The notes beneath the pieces were generated by a model. That model had not been told where the DNA came from, ran no database searches, and saw only the letters and a program-made list of their open reading frames with translations. A stretch of DNA of 11,506 nt from a virus. Its lineage: Duplodnaviria > Heunggongvirae > Uroviricota > Caudoviricetes. Positions 7,765 through 11,506 of the stretch are shown here, piece after piece (the first letter of the stretch is position 1; every line of letters starts with the position of its first letter). The DNA lies in the IMG/VR virus record IMGVR_UViG_2778261065_000012, one strand, 5' to 3'. The position numbers and the translations under genes were made by a program.

Positions 7765-8694
7765 TTATGGTTTATTTTCTAGCTCTGATTTTTTGAAAGC
7801 TTCTATCAGACGATTAGCATCTTCTGTACCACCAGGAAGCACGTTTGATTTTTTAAGAATATACGGTGGGAACTTTGTGGTTAAATATTCATGCTTAAAC
7901 CATCTACGAAACTCTGACAATGCAGAATCAGGATAGGCATTAATGATCTGAGGATTGGAACTTGCCTGAAGAAAATCTTCAGGGTAATAATGCTCACAGT
8001 CTACTCTTTCTCCAAATTCTGTTGCTAACCCCTTTGCTTTCCAGTGACGCGCCCAGCAAGAACCAACACTGCCATCAGGTACGGTATGCTGATTAATCGC
8101 TAATCCAGCATTGATGAGATCTACCATCATACCTGCAATTTCATTAAATATAATGAAATACCCATCAGGTATGGTTCCCTTATCTTTTAATAAAGATACT
8201 CTGTCATGGTAATGCCTCCACGGGTCCTCCGGTTGATATTTTAGCGCCTCGTATATAAATGTCTTGAGGCCTTTTTTAGCAAGCTCTCTGTAAGATCTAA
8301 TTGCAGTCTCACTTTCTGCTTGTTTTGCTTCAAAGGCATAGTATTCAAGTATAGCCATGCATACAACATCTGGATAAGCATGGTACTCAACACCATTTCG
8401 AATTATTGGTATATAAAGTTTTTCATCTGTAAAACCTTCATTAAGAAGATATGTACCAATAAAAGTCATTCTTCCTTTTTTGAAAATACCGTTCTCAACA
8501 GATTGAGCCCACTCATCGGTAATTTCCTTGATTCGCAAACGCTGAACACCACAAACATTTGCCAACCCATTCTGAGTAAGGTACGGAATTCCGTTATCGA
8601 GTACCCCCATTTCTATACCGTTAATGACAGCCTCTTGCTTAACATCTAAGTCTAAAGGTATGGATCTGAGGGAGGTAGTTCTCTGTTGTGCCAT
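7765..8694 (-). CDS. Hypothetical protein, 309 aa, AT-rich cargo gene of unknown function; possible Bro-N/KilA-N-like N-terminal domain
   Basis: Long open frame (MAQQRTTSLRSIPLDLDVKQEAVINGIEMGVLDNGIPYLTQNGLANVCGV...) with ATG at 8694 and AGGA 7 nt upstream; the ORF-track start at 8709 is TTG. GC is roughly 25-37% in sampled 60-nt blocks, against about 50-55% in the nin genes. No catalytic motif or TM segment recognised. The N-terminal pattern D-x-G-x-P-[YW]-[LF]-x4-[LV]-A-x-V-x-G resembles Bro-N/KilA-N domains. Confidence 0.75.
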   Translation of the reverse strand: MAQQRTTSLRSIPLDLDVKQEAVINGIEMGVLDNGIPYLTQNGLANVCGVQRLRIKEITDEWAQSVENGIFKKGRMTFIGTYLLNEGFTDEKLYIPIIRNGVEYHAYPDVVCMAILEYYAFEAKQAESETAIRSYRELAKKGLKTFIYEALKYQPEDPWRHYHDRVSLLKDKGTIPDGYFIIFNEIAGMMVDLINAGLAINQHTVPDGSVGSCWARHWKAKGLATEFGERVDCEHYYPEDFLQASSNPQIINAYPDSALSEFRRWFKHEYLTTKFPPYILKKSNVLPGGTEDANRLIEAFKKSELENKP

Positions 8695-8898
8695 TTTTGA
8701 TCCTATCAATTTGAATTCATTGAAAAAATTAGGTGTTCCCTATGCATTAGAACACTCATCATAGTAACCCCACTCGTTTGTGAAAAAAACTAATTTCACA
8801 ATCAGTTAACTCTCAAAATAACTGATATTCATACTCTCGCTATCCCATATATAGACATCCTTGTTTTAATACAACACTCATGGCTGGCGGCTATACTC

Positions 8899-9216
8899 CT
8901 AACAGATTTGACGCAAATACGGCAATACTCGACTCCACTTATCATCCTGCCACGGCTGAAGTTTTACATGTGCCGTTTCTCGGACGAGGATTGCTCGCGC
9001 TCTGTTGAGTATCTGGGGATATTCTTGCTCGATGGAAGTGAAGTGACCAGCTTCACCATGCTCCGCATCCTGAAGAAGATGAGTAACGTTCTGGTAGGCA
9101 ATTAACATCACATTCCCTGCTCGCCATAACCAGGCGAGTGTGCAAAGTTCGTTATCAGTGAATTGTTTTGTGATTGGGGATTGTTGAACTGCTAGAACGA
9201 GAACGCTAGCATCCAT
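8899..9216 (-). CDS. Hypothetical protein, 105 aa
   Basis: ORF MDASVLVLAVQQSPITKQFTDNELCTLAWLWRAGNVMLIAYQNVTHLLQDAEHGEAGHF...; ATG at 9216 with AGGGA 5 nt upstream. GC is near-normal (about 47% by eye), unlike its AT-rich neighbours. No homology recognised; could be a gene remnant. Confidence 0.45.
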   Translation of the reverse strand: MDASVLVLAVQQSPITKQFTDNELCTLAWLWRAGNVMLIAYQNVTHLLQDAEHGEAGHFTSIEQEYPQILNRARAILVRETAHVKLQPWQDDKWSRVLPYLRQIC

Positions 9217-9327
9217 TGGCAGTCCCTATAGTAAAACCATGGCTCAGGACGCTTCGTTCAGGATAGATAATTTTATTGTACTTACCTAACTTTCTTACTA
9301 TAGCACGGTTGAAAAAGTGATTATTAC

Positions 9328-10854
9328 TCAAAAATAAACCTCACCATCAACCATATATTTGAGAGTACTTATCGCCTGCTGGGCGGATATTGTTTTCATT
9401 AAAGGATAGTGTTTAAAAACAATGCCATTCATAAAATAGATATCACAGGTTTTATTATCTGTATTGATTATGATTTTTTCGAATGTTTTATAGGCAAGTG
9501 TACGACATAGCTCTCGCCCATTTTTACTGGTTAAGTCAATAGCATGAAAATCACCAAGTGAGCTCACCGCTTTACTCTTCAAAGTTTTTAATGATACAGA
9601 AGCCCTTCGTAATTCCTTATCTAATACTCTGATTTTTTCTGCTATAGCGGTAACTTCAGGCGCAACAGATAATGCAGCAATTAAATTATTAATTTTCATC
9701 TGGAGCTCAATAATTTTCAACTCTAAAGTTTCATTAGCATCTTTCTTGTTTTCAACTGGTTGGATTTTACTACAATTAAAAAGCAACTCATTAATGATAT
9801 TATAATCAACCAAATCTCTCTTTATTGATGGCCTGTCACATCGATGCAGTCTTCTCATCGGACAAACATAATAGCCATGCAAACTTCCAGATACCGCATG
9901 AACAATCATGGTATTACCACAAGCCTCGCACTTCATAACTGTTCGAAGTAGATTTATCAACATAGGATTTTTGCTACTATTGCTAATACCAAAAGGTGCC
10001 AACCGAATTTCCTGCACAGCGTAAAACAAATCATCTGATATGACTCTGGGATAATAGCCAGCGATTTCACTTATTCCTTTACCTCTTGCACGATATGAAG
10101 GTACGCATATACCTATCAGAGCTTTATTCGCTAATAATTTTTCAATTACAGAAGGTCCCCATGCACTTTCTTTTCCTGAGAAATTCTTTACAGCATGATC
10201 ATTTAAATACTTGGCTATTGCATTCAATGAGCGCCTTTCCATCCTGAGTTTAAAAATTAGCTCAATAGTTTTCACCCTGTCGGGGTCTGGAACAAAAGCC
10301 GTTCTTTTGTCATCTAAGGAGAGCCATCTCGGACAAGACGCCGTCATAATCGTGCCTGACTCCAGTGCATCCTGCCGTTTTTTCTTCCATGATAATTTAA
10401 CCCGACTTGACTTTATCTCGCTTTCTTCATTTGCCCTTTGTGCTATAAGTATGGCTTTTATTAATGAATATGGATCATTCAAAGAGTCAATATTATAGAC
10501 TGTATTATCGCAAAGAGTTATAACATCAATACCGTGATTCAAAATCAATTTCAGACGCTCAATCGCTTCACCGACTTTTTCTCTTGAAAGTCTGTCCAGA
10601 CTTTCAACTAACAATGTAGTTCCTGGCAATATATAACCATGCTCTATAGCATCTAAAAATTCCGAAAAAGCTCCTGATTGTGCATGCTTTCCTTTGAATG
10701 CACTTAATCCTAAATCTTCATATGTTATGGTATCAAGATAATAATCACTATTTACCTTTAACCATTCAGCAATAAGTCTTCTCTGTCGGTTTAATGAGTC
10801 GCCAGACATCTGACCTGGTGATGAAAATCGCATATATGCTATGGCTTTTTTCAT
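9328..10854 (-). CDS. ybcK: Large serine recombinase (508 aa; resolvase-type catalytic domain, recombinase domain, Cys4 zinc ribbon, coiled-coil)
   Basis: N-terminal AIAYMRFSSPGQ... has the serine-recombinase catalytic Ser motif; CEACGNTMIVH...YYVCPMRRLHRCDR is a Cys4 zinc ribbon; C-terminal region is heptad-like (LELKIIELQMKINNLIAAL). ATG at 10854 with AGGTG upstream. AT-rich (about 35-38% GC). Same size and position as DLP12 YbcK, next to emrE. Confidence 0.88.
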   Translation of the reverse strand: MKKAIAYMRFSSPGQMSGDSLNRQRRLIAEWLKVNSDYYLDTITYEDLGLSAFKGKHAQSGAFSEFLDAIEHGYILPGTTLLVESLDRLSREKVGEAIERLKLILNHGIDVITLCDNTVYNIDSLNDPYSLIKAILIAQRANEESEIKSSRVKLSWKKKRQDALESGTIMTASCPRWLSLDDKRTAFVPDPDRVKTIELIFKLRMERRSLNAIAKYLNDHAVKNFSGKESAWGPSVIEKLLANKALIGICVPSYRARGKGISEIAGYYPRVISDDLFYAVQEIRLAPFGISNSSKNPMLINLLRTVMKCEACGNTMIVHAVSGSLHGYYVCPMRRLHRCDRPSIKRDLVDYNIINELLFNCSKIQPVENKKDANETLELKIIELQMKINNLIAALSVAPEVTAIAEKIRVLDKELRRASVSLKTLKSKAVSSLGDFHAIDLTSKNGRELCRTLAYKTFEKIIINTDNKTCDIYFMNGIVFKHYPLMKTISAQQAISTLKYMVDGEVYF

Positions 10855-11053
10855 GGTGACACCTGCTAACGTATGCTTTTATAAACCTTAGTGGTGAGAT
10901 ATAATTTTTGTTTAATTTTTATTTAAAAAGACAATTAAGGTCACATTATCTTGAATATACAACAATAATCGTATTGCAATTTTCTTACGCCATAATCTTG
11001 AAAGCACAAAAGAATACATAAAAAAATAAAGACATTAACAAAAAGCATAAAAC

Positions 11054-11079
11054 GAGGCTCATATAAATATAAGAGCCTC
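11054..11079 (-). terminator. Candidate emrE terminator hairpin
   Basis: gaggctc-(12 nt)-gagcctc inverted repeat about 30 bp downstream of the emrE stop; on the minus strand it is followed by GTTTTATGCTTTT. The stem is short and the loop long, so this is weak to moderate. Confidence 0.4.
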
Positions 11080-11110
11080 CATATTTTAGTCGTTTAGAAA
11101 CAAATTATTT

Positions 11111-11443
11111 TTAATGTGGTGTGCTTCGTGACAATAAATTAATAACCAACACACCGGCACAAATCAACATCATGCCTATAATGGCTGGCAGGTCCAGCCG
11201 TTGGCCGAAAAATCCCCATGACAGTAAGCTAATCAGGACAATACCGACTCCTGACCAGATAGCATAAGCAATCCCTGTAGGAATATAAGCCAGCGTCTGA
11301 GCTAATAACCAGAATGATGCACAATAACAAATAATTGTACCAACAGATGGCCATAACCGTGTAAAACCTTCTGAAAACTTCATTAAGGTTGTACCAATGA
11401 CCTCTGCAAGTATTGCACCACCAAGATAAATATAAGGGTTCAT
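11111..11443 (-). CDS. emrE: EmrE small multidrug resistance (SMR) efflux transporter, 110 aa
   Basis: MNPYIYLGGAILAEVIGTTLMKFSEGFTRLWPSVGTIICYCASFWLLAQTLAYIPTGIAYAIWSGVGIVLISLLSWGFFGQRLDLPAIIGMMLICAGVLVINLLSRSTPH is recognised as EmrE, including the conserved membrane Glu in EVIGTT. ATG at 11443; the ORF-track start is an upstream alternative. Confidence 0.93.
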   Translation of the reverse strand: MNPYIYLGGAILAEVIGTTLMKFSEGFTRLWPSVGTIICYCASFWLLAQTLAYIPTGIAYAIWSGVGIVLISLLSWGFFGQRLDLPAIIGMMLICAGVLVINLLSRSTPH

Positions 11444-11506
11444 AGTAGACTGGCCCCCTGAATCTCCAGACAACCAGTATCACTTAAATAAGTGATAGTC
11501 TTAATA

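Noticed and set aside
8779-8800. TGTGA ... TCACA motif as a CRP site
   Set aside because: The pentamers are separated by 12 nt, not the 6 nt required for CRP. It is kept only as a generic inverted-repeat finding.
10211-10498. 95-aa plus-strand ORF
   Set aside because: It is antisense within the serine recombinase gene, in AT-rich sequence where random ORFs are rare but still expected, and has no RBS.
1-11506. CRISPR arrays, tRNA/rRNA genes, IS elements
   Set aside because: No regularly spaced direct repeats, no cloverleaf-like GC-rich conserved segments, and no transposase-like ORF with terminal inverted repeats were seen. The porin appears intact rather than IS-disrupted.

Overview
This window reads as the reverse-complement view of a DLP12-like defective lambdoid prophage (E. 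coli / Enterobacteriaceae); all identifications are from reading the sequence and recalling protein families, with no database search run. Left to right: the 5' part of the terminase large-subunit gene (minus strand, runs off the window), terminase small subunit Nu1, a lambda-type cos site (cosN at 1559-1570), a small ribbon-helix-helix ORF, bor, a phage-21-type lysis cassette (Rz/Rz1, SAR endolysin, pinholin), an intact convergent porin moron (nmpC/lc type), a Q antiterminator, and the nin region (ylcG, rusA, ybcO, ninE, ybcN, ylcH). From about 7700 onward there is an AT-rich island carrying a 309-aa ORF of unknown function, a 105-aa ORF, a 508-aa large serine recombinase and emrE. No immunity or replication genes, CRISPR array, tRNA or rRNA were seen. 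The best candidate for something undescribed is the AT-rich 309-aa ORF (7765-8694) with its 105-aa neighbour, sitting in what looks like a variable cargo slot beside the serine recombinase. Also notable are the two opposed terminator hairpins between nmpC and Q.
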